From Thermoanaerobaculia bacterium (lineage in GTDB: Bacteria; Acidobacteriota; Thermoanaerobaculia; Multivoradales; Multivoraceae), in NCBI GenBank assembly GCA_963666565.1, contig OY762911.1, forward strand, positions 1,376,001-1,440,000: a DNA stretch of 64,000 nt, in the 5' to 3' direction. The position numbers and the translations under genes are program-made. Under the pieces are notes generated by a model. It made no database searches. It was not told where the DNA came from and saw only the letters and a program-made list of their open reading frames with translations. Positions 1 through 9,489 of this stretch are shown here, piece by piece. Numbering within the stretch: the stretch's first letter is position 1; each line of letters starts with the position of its first letter.

Positions 1-71
1 GGAGCAAGAATCGGGCCGGGGCGCGGCGGCATGGCGTCGCCGGCGGCCGCGATAGCTTCGGACTCGGCGCG

Positions 72-1244
72 ATGAGCGATCCATCTTCCAGATCCCCCGA
101 TGGTGCGCGCCGGTCCGCCGAGTTCGGCGACGGGCGGGGTCTGGAACCGCTCGCGCCGCTCGATCTGAACGCCGTCGACTCGTTCTCGGACCTGCTCGCG
201 GCGATGAAGTCGACGTCCTTCGGCGGTCGCCAGCTCGGCGAGGCGGCGGACGTGCTCCACGAGATGGCGGCGGACGAGGACTGCCTGGTCGTCGGCACCT
301 TCACCGGGGCGATGACGGCGGCCAAGCAGGGGCTGGTGCTGTGCGAGATGATCGACCACGGCCTGCTCGACGCGATCGTCTGCACCGGGGCGCTGATGGT
401 CCACGGCTTCGTCGAGTCCGCCGGGATGATCCACTTCAAGGCGCCGCCGGGCACGCTCGACGACCGCAGCGCGTACTACGCCGGCTACGACCGGATCTAC
501 GACACCCTGGAACTGGAGAGCAACCTGGACCGGGTGGAGCTCATCGTCCACTCGGTCCTGGAGGAGTGGCCGGAGGGCGAGGTCGCCTGTTCGCGTCTCC
601 TGAACGAGGCGTTCGGCCGGTGGCTGAGCGAAGCGGAGGGTGCGCCGCCGGTGAGCGGTCTGCCCGGAGAGCCGGCTGCCGGCTCGGATTCAGGCGTGCC
701 AGGAGCTTCCCCGGCGAGCGGACGGCCCGGAGACGCCACGCCGGTCCGTGGCGTCCTGTCTTCCGCCTGGCGCCGCGGCGTGCCGGTCTACGTGCCGGCG
801 TTCACGGACTCGGAGATCGGGCTCGACTTCGCTCTCTTCAACCGGGCGCGGGCGCGGCGCGGCCTGGCGCCGGTGCGGTTCGACCCGTTCCTCGACCTGG
901 AGCACTACACGGAGCTGGTCGCCGGGGCAAAGCGGCTCGGCATCTTCACGGTAGGCGGCGGCGTGCCGCGGAACTGGGCGCAGCAGGTTGCGCCGTACCT
1001 GGAGGCCGCTGCGCGCCGTGCCGGCGAGGACGCGCCGCCCCGGCGGTTCCGCTACGGCGTGCGGATCTGCCCCGAGCCGGAACACTGGGGCGGCCTCTCG
1101 GGCTGCGGCTACAGCGAGGGCGTGTCCTGGGGCAAGTTCGTCCCCGCCTCCGAGGGTGGCCGGTTCGCCGAGGTCCCAGCGGACGCGACCCTGGTGTGGC
1201 CGCTGCTTGTCGCCGGCGTACTGGAGCGGATGGGTCTGCGCTAG
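72..1244 (+). CDS. Deoxyhypusine synthase-like protein (DHS family; probable homospermidine synthase-type enzyme)
   Basis: Motifs TSFGGRQLGEA, TGAMT, GYDRIYD, PAFTDSEIG, GGGVPRNW, GGLSG..SEGVSWGK (catalytic Lys), DATLVWP; low-complexity insertion at about 630-745. Confidence 0.9.
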   Translation: MSDPSSRSPDGARRSAEFGDGRGLEPLAPLDLNAVDSFSDLLAAMKSTSFGGRQLGEAADVLHEMAADEDCLVVGTFTGAMTAAKQGLVLCEMIDHGLLDAIVCTGALMVHGFVESAGMIHFKAPPGTLDDRSAYYAGYDRIYDTLELESNLDRVELIVHSVLEEWPEGEVACSRLLNEAFGRWLSEAEGAPPVSGLPGEPAAGSDSGVPGASPASGRPGDATPVRGVLSSAWRRGVPVYVPAFTDSEIGLDFALFNRARARRGLAPVRFDPFLDLEHYTELVAGAKRLGIFTVGGGVPRNWAQQVAPYLEAAARRAGEDAPPRRFRYGVRICPEPEHWGGLSGCGYSEGVSWGKFVPASEGGRFAEVPADATLVWPLLVAGVLERMGLR

Positions 1245-1561
1245 AGGCGCTGCAGCTTCACTGCGGTCCCGACCGCCAGCAGTTCCGCGGCGCCGCTGGT
1301 GATCACCGAGGTCGTGAACCGCACCGCCACGACGGCGTCGGCGCCCAGGCTCTCCGCCTCGGCGATCATGCGGTCGAGCGCCTGCTCCCGGCTCTCGGCG
1401 ACCATCTTCGTGTACTCGGTGACCTCGCCGCCGACGAGGTTGCGGAGAGCCGCGGTGATGTCCCTCCCTACGTGACGGGCGCGGATCGTGTTGCCGCGCA
1501 CCAGGCCAAGCGTCTGCGCGATGTCGTGTCCTGCGATCGTCTCGGTGGTGGCAATCAGCAT
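1241..1561 (-). CDS. YbjQ/UPF0145 family protein (putative heavy-metal binding)
   Basis: LGLVRGNTIRARHVGRDI..LRNLVGGE..YT..R..A..RM...A..LGADAVV..RF...ELLAVGTAV. Confidence 0.9.
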   Translation of the reverse strand: MLIATTETIAGHDIAQTLGLVRGNTIRARHVGRDITAALRNLVGGEVTEYTKMVAESREQALDRMIAEAESLGADAVVAVRFTTSVITSGAAELLAVGTAVKLQRL

Positions 1562-1571
1562 CTCGGCCTCC

Positions 1572-1808
1572 TCACCTCTCGATGTCCCTGTACGGGTCCG
1601 TCTTGCGGGCGATCAACTGCTGCCGGAGCACGGACAGCAGCAGGAGCGCCAGGCCGCCGTAGAGCCCGCCGACGCCCAGCTTGATGTAGAGCGGCGTCTC
1701 GGCGTCGAAGACGAAGAAGTAGATGGCGACGCCGGCCAGGACCAGAACGCCGCCGGCGAAGAGCAGCCAGCCGAGGCCGCGCGCGATTCCGACTGTCGTG
1801 TCCGCCAT
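1572..1808 (-). CDS. Small two-TM membrane protein
   Basis: Two hydrophobic segments, C-terminal KTDPYRDIER, GGAG RBS; lies between msrA and the ybjQ-like gene. Confidence 0.7.
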   Translation of the reverse strand: MADTTVGIARGLGWLLFAGGVLVLAGVAIYFFVFDAETPLYIKLGVGGLYGGLALLLLSVLRQQLIARKTDPYRDIER

Positions 1809-1832
1809 CTTCGTTTCTCCTGTCCGCGGCGC

Positions 1833-2498
1833 TCAGACCGCCTGTCGGGCCGGCGCCTCGAGGCCGGTCGGGCAAGCGACGCCGGTGCCGCCCAGGCCGC
1901 AGTAGCCGCCGGGGTTCTTGGCCAGGTACTGCTGGTGGTAGTCCTCGGCGAAGTAGAAGTCGGGAGCGTCGAGGATCTCCGTCGTGATCGGACCGTACCC
2001 GGCGGCCGCCAGACGCTGCTGGTAAAGCGCCAGGGAGTCCCGGGCGGCGCGCCGCTGGGCCTTCGAGCAGGCGTAGATGCCCGAGCGGTACTGGGTGCCG
2101 ACGTCGTTCCCCTGCCGCATGCCCTGGGTCGGGTCGTGGCTCTCCCAGAAGATGCGGAGCAGCTCGTCGTAGGAGATGCGCTCCGGATCGAACACGACGC
2201 GGACCACCTCATTGTGGCCGGTCAGCCCGCTGCAGACCTCCTGGTAGGTCGGATTCGGGGTAGCGCCGGCGGCGTATCCGACCGCGGTCGTGATCACTCC
2301 CTGGGCTTCCCAGAACTTGCGCTCGGCGCCCCAGAAGCAGCCGAGTCCGAACATCGCGAGTTCGCTGCCTTCCGGGTAGGGCGGCGCGATCGGAGCGTCG
2401 AGGACGTAGTGGCGCGGCGGCACGGGCATCGTCTCGTCCCGGCCGGGCAGCGCTTCGCCCGGTTCCGGCATGCGGACCTTGTTGAAGAACCAGCTCAT
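1833..2498 (-). CDS. msrA: Peptide methionine sulfoxide reductase MsrA
   Basis: [61 protein letters not shown]; start at ATG 2498 (MSWFFNK). Confidence 0.97.
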   Translation of the reverse strand: MSWFFNKVRMPEPGEALPGRDETMPVPPRHYVLDAPIAPPYPEGSELAMFGLGCFWGAERKFWEAQGVITTAVGYAAGATPNPTYQEVCSGLTGHNEVVRVVFDPERISYDELLRIFWESHDPTQGMRQGNDVGTQYRSGIYACSKAQRRAARDSLALYQQRLAAAGYGPITTEILDAPDFYFAEDYHQQYLAKNPGGYCGLGGTGVACPTGLEAPARQAV

Positions 2499-2519
2499 CG
2501 AACCGATTGTAACGCCAGA

Positions 2520-2594
2520 TCGGAGCCGGCCTCCGGCCGGCGCTGTTCTCCGGCCGCCTGCGGCGGCAGCGGGTCGGAAGCCCCGCGCACCCAG
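2520..2594 (-). repeat. REP-like three-hairpin element copy
   Basis: Reverse complement reads CTGGGTGC-GCGGGGC-TTCC-GACCCGC-T-GCCGCC-GCA-GGCGGC...GCCGGCC-GGA-GGCCGGC. Confidence 0.85.
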
Positions 2595-2681
2595 GGGACG
2601 GCCTTGTTCCCCGCGCGACAGCGCGGGCGAAGCGCCGGCTGCTACCGTTCCAAGATCGGCAGGGCATCGAAGGAGCCAACG

Positions 2682-3980
2682 ATGAAGGAACGGACGCGCG
2701 GCATTCACGAGGTCTTCGCCGCCGACCCGGAACGGGCCGACCGGGAAGTCTGGGGCCGGCGTGCCGACCCTCGCACCCGGCGGGGCTTCCTCAAGGGTCT
2801 CGGCGCGATGTCGGCCCTGCTCGGCGCCAGGATCGTCTTCCACGACCTCATGCCCGCGGGCCTGATCCCGGCGGCGTTCGCGAATCAGGCCGAGCCCTTC
2901 GCCATCGAAGGCAAGGACGGCCTGACCGTCCTGAACGACCGGCCGCTGTGCGCCGAGACGCCGGCGCACCTGCTGAACGACGACGTCACGCCGGCGAACC
3001 GCCTGTTCGTCCGCAACAACGGGGTCCCGCCGGAGCAAGTCGACACGCGGAACTGGACCCTGACCGTCGACGGCGAGTCGGCGGCCCGCGCGAAGACCTA
3101 CGCGCTGGGCGACCTGAAGCGGCGCTTCGAGAACGTCAGCCGGCAACTCGTCATGGAGTGCGGCGGCAACGGCCGCTCGGAGTACGACCCGCCGGCCTCC
3201 GGCAACCAGTGGACCGTCGGCGCGGTGGGGTGTCCGCGCTGGGACGGCCTCCGCCTGCGCGACGTGCTCGAGGACTGCGGCTACCGCGACGACGCCGTGT
3301 ACGTCGCGTACTACGGCGCCGACACGGCGGCGGGCGGCGAGGGAGTCCCGATCTCAAGGGGCGTGCCGCTCGCCAAGGCCCTGGAAGCCGAGTCGATGAT
3401 CGCGTGGGGCATGAACGGCGAACCGCTCCACCCGATGAACGGCCATCCGCTCCGCCTCGTCTTCGGCGGCTGGCCGGGGTCCACCTCGGGCAAGTGGCTC
3501 ACCCGGGTCGCCGTCCGCGACATCGTCCACGACGGACCGAAGATGACCGGCATGTCCTACAGCGTGCCGCGCCAGCCGGTGGCGCCGGGCGCCGAAGTGG
3601 CCGAAGAGGACATGCGGATCATCGAGGCGATGCCGGTCAAGTCGCTCATCACGTCTCCGCGGAGCGGCTTCCAGCACCGGCTCGGCGAGGCGCTGCCCCT
3701 CCACGGCCATGCCTGGACCGGCGACAACCGGGTCGAACGGCTGGACGTCTCCATCGACTTCGGCCGGACCTGGTCCCGCGCCGATCTGCAGCCGCCGGCG
3801 AACCGCCTCGCCTGGCAGAACTGGGACCTGGATCTGGCGTTCCCCGAGGCCGGCTACTACGAGGTTTGGGCCCGGGCCGCCGACGCCAACGGCGAGGTGC
3901 AGCCGGTGGTCCTGCCTGGCTGGAACCCGCGGGGCTACCTGAACAACGCCTGCCACCGGATCGCCGTCTATGTGGCGTAG
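2682..3980 (+). CDS. Tat-exported sulfite oxidase-family molybdoenzyme (SorA/SoxC-like)
   Basis: AGGAG RBS; Tat motif RRGFLKGLG; AETP, LFVRNNG, Mo-ligating [31 protein letters not shown]...GKWL; C-terminal dimerisation domain, WNPRGYLNN. Confidence 0.9.
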   Translation: MKERTRGIHEVFAADPERADREVWGRRADPRTRRGFLKGLGAMSALLGARIVFHDLMPAGLIPAAFANQAEPFAIEGKDGLTVLNDRPLCAETPAHLLNDDVTPANRLFVRNNGVPPEQVDTRNWTLTVDGESAARAKTYALGDLKRRFENVSRQLVMECGGNGRSEYDPPASGNQWTVGAVGCPRWDGLRLRDVLEDCGYRDDAVYVAYYGADTAAGGEGVPISRGVPLAKALEAESMIAWGMNGEPLHPMNGHPLRLVFGGWPGSTSGKWLTRVAVRDIVHDGPKMTGMSYSVPRQPVAPGAEVAEEDMRIIEAMPVKSLITSPRSGFQHRLGEALPLHGHAWTGDNRVERLDVSIDFGRTWSRADLQPPANRLAWQNWDLDLAFPEAGYYEVWARAADANGEVQPVVLPGWNPRGYLNNACHRIAVYVA

Positions 3981-4506
3981 GCGCCAGCGCGTCAGGAACC
4001 GGGGTGGGGCCGCTGCAGCGAGCGTCGGTGCGCCGACCTTCTGGCCAGCCCTGCTTGTCACGCTTGCGTCCGCTGGGTGCGCGGGTCTTCCGACCCGCAT
4101 CGAGCGCGAGGCTGCGAAGCAGCGAGCGCGAGTCGTGCTCCATGCCGGGCTCGGCCTGGTCCTCCTGATGGCCTTGGACACCGCTGCCGTGGCACAGGCA
4201 CCGCTTACCGACCCCGAGACCGGCCTGGTCCAGGACGCCGCCGGCGTCTGGAAGACGGTGCGCGCTCGCTGCACCGAATGCCACTCCGCCACGTTGCTGC
4301 AGCAGAACCGTACGAGCCGCGACGGCTGGATCCGCATCATCCGGCGCATGGAGAAGGACGAGGGTCTCGAGCCGCTCGGTGACCTGGAGAAGCCGATCCT
4401 CGACTACCTGGCCGCAGCTTACGGCGTGCAGGTCAAGCCGACCGAACTGAGGCGAAGGCGGGCGCCGCTGCGACAACCGCCGGTCGAAGGGGAAGCCGGC
4501 CGGTGA
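3970..4506 (+). CDS. Monoheme cytochrome c (SorB-like partner); start uncertain (ATG 3970 or GTG 4135)
   Basis: CTECHS heme motif, W...IR.M, ILDYLA..YG, RR.PL tail; signal-like segment ending AVAQA; directly follows the molybdoenzyme. Confidence 0.8.
   Translation: MWRRRQRVRNRGGAAAASVGAPTFWPALLVTLASAGCAGLPTRIEREAAKQRARVVLHAGLGLVLLMALDTAAVAQAPLTDPETGLVQDAAGVWKTVRARCTECHSATLLQQNRTSRDGWIRIIRRMEKDEGLEPLGDLEKPILDYLAAAYGVQVKPTELRRRRAPLRQPPVEGEAGR
4073..4098 (+). repeat. REP-like element copy (hairpin 1)
   Basis: CTGGGTGC GCGGGTC TTCC GACCCGC, followed by GCTGC-GAA-GCAGC. Confidence 0.85.
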
Positions 4507-4594
4507 AACCGCGGTGCAAGCGGTCGTCGGCTGCCGCTGGGCGAACGAGCGATGAACATCGACAGGGCGCTCGGAGAGGCCGGCGCTCCGGACG

Positions 4595-6493
4595 ATGACC
4601 GCATCCACTGGCCTGACCGACAGCGACGATCGCGTAGACGCGCTCGAAGGGCAGGTGCGGGCGCTGAGGGAGGAGGTAGCGGAGCTGCGGCGCGCGGTCG
4701 CGGGAGAGGGTTCCGCGACGGCGGCGCCCCGGGAAGCGGCCGACGCGCCGTCGCCGTCACCCATGGCGGCTCGCCGATCTCAAGGGGCCGACCTGCCAGG
4801 TTCCGAGGCGAGTCGCCGGCCGGCGGAGGCCGCCCCGCCGCCCCGACGACCCGCGCGCGCCGCCTGGCGCGACATCGACTTCGAGTCGCTGATCGGCGGC
4901 CGCTGGCTGAACCGGATCGGCATTCTCACGCTTCTCATCGCGGCCGCGTTCTTCCTGCGCTACGCGTTCGAGAACGAGTGGATCGGGCCGATGGGGCGCG
5001 TCCTGATCGGGCTCGTGAGCGGCCTTGCCCTGGCCGGTTACGGCGAGTGGCTGGCGGCGCGGGGCATGCGCTACTTCGCCGAGGGGATGACGGCGCTCGG
5101 CGCCGGCATCGTCTACCTCTCCGGCTATGCCGCTTGGGACTTCTACGCCCTCGTGCCGCAGCCGGCGGCGTTCGCGTTCCTCGCCCTCGTCACCGCGGCC
5201 GTCATCGGTCTGTCTGTGCGGCGCGACTCGCAGCGGCTGGCGGCGCTCGCGCTCGCCGGCGGCTACCTGACGCCCGCGCTGCTCAGCACCGGCGCGGACG
5301 CCCAGGTCGTGCTCTTCAGCTACCTCGCGCTGCTCAGCGCGAGCCTCCTCGCGTTGGCCCTGCTGCGCGGCTTCCGGGTCCTGGCGCCGGCCGCCCTGGT
5401 GGCGACTGCCGTCTACTTCATCGCCTGGTACGTCGAGTTCTACGCCGGCGAGCGACTCCTCTCGACCGCTCTCTTCGGCACGCTCCTCTACGTCATCTAC
5501 TTCGCCCTGCCCGTCGCCAGGGCGCGCATGGCTCGACTTGCGGCAAGTTCTTCCGACGCCTGGACTTCGAGCCTCCGGGCGGGCAGGCCCCGGCGGCTGC
5601 ACCCGACCGAGATCGGTGTGCTGGTTCTGTCGCTCGGCCTCTACGTCGTGCTGCTGCAGCAGCTCCTCTACGAGGACCGGCGGTGGTGGCTGACCGGCGC
5701 CGTTCTGGCCCTGGCGGCGGTCCACCTTGCCGTGTCCCGGGCGCTCGGGCGCTGGAGCGCCGGAGTAGAGCGAAGAAGCCGCCAACTGCGGGTCCTGTTC
5801 GCCGTCCTCGGCGCGTTGCTGGCCACGATCGCTTTCCCCATCCGGCTCGAAGGCGACTGGATCACTCTGGCCTGGACCGCGGAGGCCGTGGCGCTGGCGG
5901 TCGCCGGAACACGGCTGCCGTCGATCTGGATGCGCGCCTTCTCCGTCGCGCTCTTCGGCGTCGTCCTGCTGATGACGCCTGCCGCCTTCGGCGGAGAGCG
6001 CGAGGTCCTCTTCGTCAACCTGCGCTTCCTGACCCTGGCCGCCGTGGCGGCCAGCCTGGTCGTCGCCGGCCTCTACGCGCGGCGGCGCCTGAAGACCCCG
6101 GTCCGAATGGAGGCCCCGGTGTGGACCGCGGCGCTTGGCATCGCCAACCTGGTCGCTCTCGTCGCCGTCTCGGCCGAGATGTGGGACGTTGTCCAGGGGC
6201 TCGACGTCGACCTCGACCTCGATCTGGCCGCCCAGGTCGTCCTGTCGGCCGTGTGGCTCCTCTGGGCGGCAGCCCTGATCGCCGCCGGCATCCGCGGCCA
6301 CGCCCCGGGCCTTCGCTGGCAGGGCCTGGCCCTGCTGCTGGTCGTGGTCGGCAAGACCTTCCTCATCGACCTGTCGTTCCTCGAACAGGGCTACCGGATC
6401 CTGTCCTTCCTGATCGTCGGCGTCCTGCTGGTGGCGGTGTCGTTCCTGTACCAGCGAAGTCAACGTGGCGGCGAGAACTCCGAAGCCAGTTAG
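4595..6493 (+). CDS. DUF2339-like polytopic membrane protein
   Basis: N-terminal coiled coil, then FESLIGGRWLNRIG..., WIGP.GRV.IG, GGYLTP, K.FLIDL..L...YRILSF...G; many TM helices. Confidence 0.85.
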   Translation: MTASTGLTDSDDRVDALEGQVRALREEVAELRRAVAGEGSATAAPREAADAPSPSPMAARRSQGADLPGSEASRRPAEAAPPPRRPARAAWRDIDFESLIGGRWLNRIGILTLLIAAAFFLRYAFENEWIGPMGRVLIGLVSGLALAGYGEWLAARGMRYFAEGMTALGAGIVYLSGYAAWDFYALVPQPAAFAFLALVTAAVIGLSVRRDSQRLAALALAGGYLTPALLSTGADAQVVLFSYLALLSASLLALALLRGFRVLAPAALVATAVYFIAWYVEFYAGERLLSTALFGTLLYVIYFALPVARARMARLAASSSDAWTSSLRAGRPRRLHPTEIGVLVLSLGLYVVLLQQLLYEDRRWWLTGAVLALAAVHLAVSRALGRWSAGVERRSRQLRVLFAVLGALLATIAFPIRLEGDWITLAWTAEAVALAVAGTRLPSIWMRAFSVALFGVVLLMTPAAFGGEREVLFVNLRFLTLAAVAASLVVAGLYARRRLKTPVRMEAPVWTAALGIANLVALVAVSAEMWDVVQGLDVDLDLDLAAQVVLSAVWLLWAAALIAAGIRGHAPGLRWQGLALLLVVVGKTFLIDLSFLEQGYRILSFLIVGVLLVAVSFLYQRSQRGGENSEAS

Positions 6494-6619
6494 CACACTT
6501 GGCGTTTAGCCCCATGCCCTATACTCAGGCGGCTACCGATCGGCGGGTGCCGAGAGAACGGTGCCGGACGGACTCGCGACGATCCCGTAGCGTCGGGATG
6601 TACGGAGAAGGACCGCCTC

Positions 6620-8374
6620 ATGAACTCAGTCCCAACGTCGAAAGGCCTCAAGCGTTGGCCGTTCACTGCTCTGGTGGCCCTCTTCTTGGCCGCCCCGGCT
6701 CTCTTGGCGCAGGAACCAAGCACGTCATCGGGCCAGCTAGACCTCACGGTCATTGTCGTGGCAGGGGACCTGACGTTGAAGCCGGTACCCAAGTGGGCTT
6801 TCGAGACGCGCTCAAGGAACACGAACGCGACGTACAGCCTGACTACGGGCTTTGATGGTCGGGCTCAACTCGATCTTCCTCCTGGTTCCTACGAGATCAC
6901 CGCCACCAGACCGCTGACGTTCGAGGGTCAGGAGTTCACCTGGAGTGTCTCCTTCGATGTAGCTGAAGGTAGGGTGACGACTCTGGAGTTGTCCAACGAC
7001 AACGTCGTTAGCCGGCCGGGCTCTGCACCTGCTGCAGGGGCAGCCGCGAATCTCAGTGAAGGCGAACTCTATCGGAAGATCCAGCACAGCGTGTTCAAGG
7101 TGATATCAGAGACTGGACACGGAAGCGGCTTCTTGGTGTATCCGTGGGCCGGCGTCATCTTGACGAACCACCATGTTGTCGCGAACTCGGACTATCTGGC
7201 CGTCCTCCTGTCACCCGGAAACAAGCACTCCGCTCATGTACTCGCCTTTGACGAGATCAACGACTTGGCAGTTCTTCAAGTACATCCTCGACTTGTTGAG
7301 AGTCTCCTCGCTCCGCCACTCGCGGAGGACGAGCCGGCTGCTGCTCCTGTCGAGGTCGGAGACACGGTCGTTGCCGTCGGAAGTCCACTTGCCACGGAGA
7401 CGATCTTGACGAGTGGTCTGGTCAGCAAACTGGAAGATGGGGCGATCTACAGCGATGTCAGCATCAACCCGGGAAACTCGGGAGGGCCGCTCTTCAACCT
7501 CCGTGGCGAGGTCGTGGGTATCAGTACGTTTGGGCTGAGTAGCGGTGGAGTCTCCCCCGGCTTGGCGGGAATCGTGCGCGTTCACTTGGCCAAAGCCGTG
7601 GTGGACCGAGCGCTTGAGTCGCCGCGCCTGAACTCGCCTCCGACTGACCGAAGATTGGCAGTTGCGTCGGAAACGCCGTTTCCAGCCGAAGTTCTCAGAG
7701 AACTGGTCGCTTCCGGTTCGTTCACTTCGGCTCGTCAGGCCAGAGTCACGGGCCGGCAGGTCAAGGAGTACCAGGTCGAAGCCGGCAAGTTCGATGTGCA
7801 GTTGATCACGCCGGTCCTGACAGCAGCGCTTGAAGTGGCCGAGGAGCGTGAGGCGGCCGGCGGTCGCACGAAGAGGAACAGAAGAAAGCAGGCCAAGGAT
7901 TACGCCGTAGGCGACCACTTCTACGAGTGGCGGAGATACGCCGGCGACTATCGAGCGGTGGTCACAGTCCAAGCTGTTCCTGAGATTCGACTGACGACCG
8001 GTTCGATCTTCGGCGCTGTCGCTGGTGGACTTGCGGGAGTGGCAACGCCACAGAAGTACCGCTTCAAGACTGACTTCGACAGGATGGCCCTTCTTCGCGA
8101 CGGGGTCGAAGTGGAGCCGATTTGGCCGGGTCGGGTTGCCAATGTTGTGCACGAAGAGGGCTTCGTGAGCATGAAGGACGTGGGCTACTACGGGATCTAC
8201 GAGTATCCACCCGAGGCGTTCGAGCCGCCCGCGGAACTCACCTTGAAGATCTGGAAGCAGGGTGTGGAGCAGCCGATCATCAAGGTGATTCCACAGCAAA
8301 AGCAGTGGCAAGTTTGGGAGGACTTTCGTCTCTACTTCGGCGCGGTCGAGAAACAGGGATCTTCCGGTCGATAG
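6620..8374 (+). CDS. Secreted trypsin-like (S1C) serine protease with N-terminal Ig/carboxypeptidase-regulatory-like domain and unrecognised C-terminal domain
   Basis: Signal peptide; LPPGSYEITA beta-sandwich; GSGF, LTNHHVV (His), NDLAVL (Asp), INPGNSGGPL (Ser); no PDZ recognised; visibly lower GC. Confidence 0.85.
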   Translation: MNSVPTSKGLKRWPFTALVALFLAAPALLAQEPSTSSGQLDLTVIVVAGDLTLKPVPKWAFETRSRNTNATYSLTTGFDGRAQLDLPPGSYEITATRPLTFEGQEFTWSVSFDVAEGRVTTLELSNDNVVSRPGSAPAAGAAANLSEGELYRKIQHSVFKVISETGHGSGFLVYPWAGVILTNHHVVANSDYLAVLLSPGNKHSAHVLAFDEINDLAVLQVHPRLVESLLAPPLAEDEPAAAPVEVGDTVVAVGSPLATETILTSGLVSKLEDGAIYSDVSINPGNSGGPLFNLRGEVVGISTFGLSSGGVSPGLAGIVRVHLAKAVVDRALESPRLNSPPTDRRLAVASETPFPAEVLRELVASGSFTSARQARVTGRQVKEYQVEAGKFDVQLITPVLTAALEVAEEREAAGGRTKRNRRKQAKDYAVGDHFYEWRRYAGDYRAVVTVQAVPEIRLTTGSIFGAVAGGLAGVATPQKYRFKTDFDRMALLRDGVEVEPIWPGRVANVVHEEGFVSMKDVGYYGIYEYPPEAFEPPAELTLKIWKQGVEQPIIKVIPQQKQWQVWEDFRLYFGAVEKQGSSGR

Positions 8375-8442
8375 CGCTCGCAGTGCAGCCCTGCTGGCTT
8401 GGGATTTGTCGCGTCGAGAGACGACGTGGTCGATAGAATCGG

Positions 8443-8751
8443 ATGATGCGGTTCCCCGAAACGGTCGAACGTCTACTCTGGGAGTACGACCTCGAAGCGC
8501 TGAGGGCGGCGCCCGAGTTGCCCGAGGTCGTGATCGAGCGCGTGATGGCACGCGGCGGCTGGGAGCCGATGCGCTGGCTGCTGTCGACATGCAGTCCGGA
8601 ACGGCGACGGCGTTTCCTGGAGGAACGCGGCTGGAAGGTGCTGCCGCCCCGGGAGCTCAGTTTCTGGGCTTTTGCCAGTTCCGTCTCTGAGGAACGGACG
8701 GCCGAGTGGGTGCGAGAGGCGCGCAAGCGCGAAGCCGCGTGGCGGGGATGA
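8443..8751 (+). CDS. DUF6922-like small protein, putative antitoxin of AbiE-type pair
   Basis: LLWEYD....VIERVM.RG...MRWL pattern; ATGA overlap with the downstream nucleotidyltransferase gene. Confidence 0.7.
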   Translation: MMRFPETVERLLWEYDLEALRAAPELPEVVIERVMARGGWEPMRWLLSTCSPERRRRFLEERGWKVLPPRELSFWAFASSVSEERTAEWVREARKREAAWRG

Positions 8752-9404
8752 GTTCGCTTGACTGGGAGGCTCTGGAGCCGAACGCGCGCGAGGCCTTCGC
8801 CGCCGTCTCGCTGGCGTTGGCCGGGGGCGACTTCTACCTGGCGGGGGGAACCGCACTTGCCCTCATGGAGGGGCATCGAGTTTCGGTGGACCTGGATGTC
8901 TTCGCCGAGCGGCTGCGGAGCACTGAGGACGTGCTGGGCCGTCTACGCGCCCAGATCCCGGAGTTTTCGGTCACGTCGGTGAGCGCGGGCACGGTCTACG
9001 TCGAGATCCTGGGGGTTCAGGTTTCGGTGATCGAGTACAGGTATCCGCTTCTCGGTCCTACCGTGTCCTCTGGTGCTGACGGCCTGGAACTGGCAAGCCG
9101 AGACGACATCGCGGCGATGAAGCTCTCGGCGATCGCGAATCGCGGCAGCCGGAAGGACTTCGTCGACCTCTGGATCCTGTTGAGTCGCCATCGGTCTCTG
9201 GCGGAGTACCTGGGGATCTACCTGAAGAAGTTCGAAGTACGGGACGCGGGCCACGTCGTTCGCAGTCTCGTTCACTTCGACGACGCGGAACGCGATCCGC
9301 CGCTTCGTCTCCTGATCGATCTCGACTGGCAGGAGCTCAAGACCGACTTCCGGTCGCACGTTGAGAGTCTGCTGGAGGATTGCCGAACCGCCAAGCGGGA
9401 CTGA
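8748..9404 (+). CDS. AbiEii/AbiGii-family nucleotidyltransferase toxin
   Basis: FYLAGGTALAL..GHRVSVDLDVF, MKL.AI..RG.RKDFVDL. Confidence 0.88.
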   Translation: MSSLDWEALEPNAREAFAAVSLALAGGDFYLAGGTALALMEGHRVSVDLDVFAERLRSTEDVLGRLRAQIPEFSVTSVSAGTVYVEILGVQVSVIEYRYPLLGPTVSSGADGLELASRDDIAAMKLSAIANRGSRKDFVDLWILLSRHRSLAEYLGIYLKKFEVRDAGHVVRSLVHFDDAERDPPLRLLIDLDWQELKTDFRSHVESLLEDCRTAKRD

Positions 9405-9489
9405 CGCAACGAGCCCGCCGGAGGCTTCGAGGATGCGCCGGCGGACCAGCCTCGCGGGTGATCCTGTTGCGATGTCCGCCACCCCCGGG

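Noticed and set aside
1-32. Possible 5' end of a minus-strand gene (MPPRAPARFLL...)
   Set aside because: Only about 10 codons are visible; insufficient support.
2682-3980. Call as msrP
   Set aside because: Has a C-terminal dimerisation domain and a cytochrome c partner rather than MsrQ.
4780-4835. Possible degenerate REP-like hairpins in the DUF2339 linker, at 693-715 and at 4026-4049
   Set aside because: Too many mismatches to distinguish from chance GC-rich palindromes.
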